Of a DNA stretch of 64,000 bases, positions 62,845 to 64,000 are shown in pieces. Source of the DNA: Sphyrna mokarran (lineage: Eukaryota). The notes below the pieces were generated by a model that was given only the letters and a program-made list of their open reading frames with translations, had not been told where the DNA came from and ran no database searches. Within the stretch, counting starts at the first letter, position 1. Every line of letters begins with the position of its first letter. Made by a program: the position numbers and the translations under genes. The stretch is taken from contig JAGIQG010000011.1 in NCBI GenBank assembly GCA_024679065.1, positions 63,922,001 to 63,986,000 of the forward strand, in the 5' to 3' direction.

Positions 62845-63290
62845 GGCTGCACGGTGGCACAGTGGTTAGCAGTGCTGCCTCACAGCGCCAGGGACCTGGA
62901 TTCGGATTCCCGGCTTGGATCACTGTCTCTGTGGAGTTTGATGTAGAGATGCCGGCGTTGGACTGGGGTAAGCTCAGTAAGAGGTCTGACAACACCAATT
63001 TTAAATCCAACCGATTTATTCGATAGTAAACTTGCTAGCTTTCGGTGTTTGTGCCTTCGTCGGGCAAATGAGGTGTTCTGGTCTCCCAGAACTGTGGAGT
63101 TTGCACATTCTACTTGTGTCTGTGTGGGTTTCTTCCTGGTTCTCCAGTTTCCTCCCACAGGACAAAAGGCGTGCTGCTTAGGTGCATTGGCTATGCTAAA
63201 TTCTTCCTCAGTGTACCCAAACAGGCACCAGAGTGCGGCAACTAGGGAATTTTCTCAGCAACTTCATAGCAGTGTTAATGTAAGCCTTCT
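62845..63290 (+). mobile_element. tRNA-SINE interrupted by a Penelope-derived arm
   Basis: Near-consensus head ggctgcacggtggcacagtggttagcagtgctgcctcacagcgccagggacc. Confidence 0.9.
62941..63091 (-). mobile_element. Penelope-derived family A arm with 12-bp TSD
   Basis: CTGTGGAGTTTG duplicated at 62929-62940 and 63092-63103. Confidence 0.8.
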
Positions 63291-64000
63291 TACTTCTGTT
63301 GTGGGCAAAGTATTGGAAAGAATTATTAGGGATAGGATTTATAGTTATTTAGAGAGAAACGAATTGATTGGGGATAGTCAGCATGGTTTTGTGAAGGGTA
63401 GTCGTGCCTTACTAACCTTATTGAGTTTTTTGAAAAAGTGACCAAAGAGGTGGATGGGGGTAAGGCAGTTGATGTGGTATATATGGACTTTAGTAAGGCG
63501 TTCGATAAGGTACCCCATGGAAGGCTTCTGCAGAAAATGCAGATGTATGGGATTGAGGGTGATTTAGCTAATTGGATTAGGAATTGGCTAGCTGATAGAA
63601 GACAGAGGGTGGTGGTTGAGGGAAATTTTTCATCATGGAGTTCGGTTACAAGTGGTGTACCTCAGGGATCGGTTTTGGGGCCCCTGCTGTTTGTAATTTT
63701 TATAAATGATCTGGATGAGGGTATTGAAGGATGGATTAGTAAATTTGCGGATTACACCAAAGTCAGAGGAGTGGTAGATAGTGAAGAGGGGTGTTATAGT
63801 TTGCAGAGAGACTTGGACAAGTTGCAGAGCTGGGCCAAGAGGTTGCAAATGGAGTTTAATGTGGAAAAGTGTGAGGTAATTCACTTTGGCAGGAATAACA
63901 AATGTGTAGAGTATAGGGCTAGTGGTAGGACTCTCAATAGTGTTGATGAACAGAGGGATCTTGGTGTATATGTTAATAGATCTCTGAAAGTTGGCAATCA
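63288..64000 (+). mobile_element. Young CR1 reverse transcriptase region (runs off the window)
   Basis: LTSVVGKVLERII..SQHGFVKG/SCLTNL..VYMDFSKAFDKVPH..GVPQGSVLGPLLF..KFADYTK. One frameshift near 63400 and a D>Y change in the catalytic FADD. Confidence 0.95.

Noticed and set aside
62845-62920. tRNA gene
   Set aside because: A and B boxes are followed by a SINE body. All tRNA-like heads in the window are SINEs.

Overview
Vertebrate genomic DNA, about 40% GC and very repeat-rich. The repeat families (V/HE1-type and Deu-type SINEs, CR1 with (ATGTTCT)n tails, Penelope-derived palindromes) point to a shark or other elasmobranch. The window holds the conserved GPR39-LYPD1-NCKAP5 block: the last coding exon of GPR39 (+, 38-624), the complete three-exon LYPD1/Lynx2 gene (-, 29826 to 930, 140 aa, with a ~28 kb intron 2), and the 3' end of NCKAP5 (-, terminal exon 32344-32628, plus a candidate 73-nt upstream exon at 47354-47426). 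Nearly everything else is intronic or intergenic and packed with SINEs, CR1 and Rex/L2-type LINE fragments, Gypsy-type LTRs, Harbinger-type DNA elements and a hAT fossil. Three signals stand out. (1) The candidate NCKAP5 exon is closed in all three frames but ends in an ATG in frame with the conserved terminal-exon ORF, suggesting a frame switch or downstream ORF. (2) Two families of palindromic elements carry minimal Penelope-type hammerhead ribozyme cores with covarying helices. (3) GPR39 has Ile instead of Asn at position 6.51, a residue that tunes constitutive activity. All homology calls are from memory, not database searches, and repeat boundaries are approximate.
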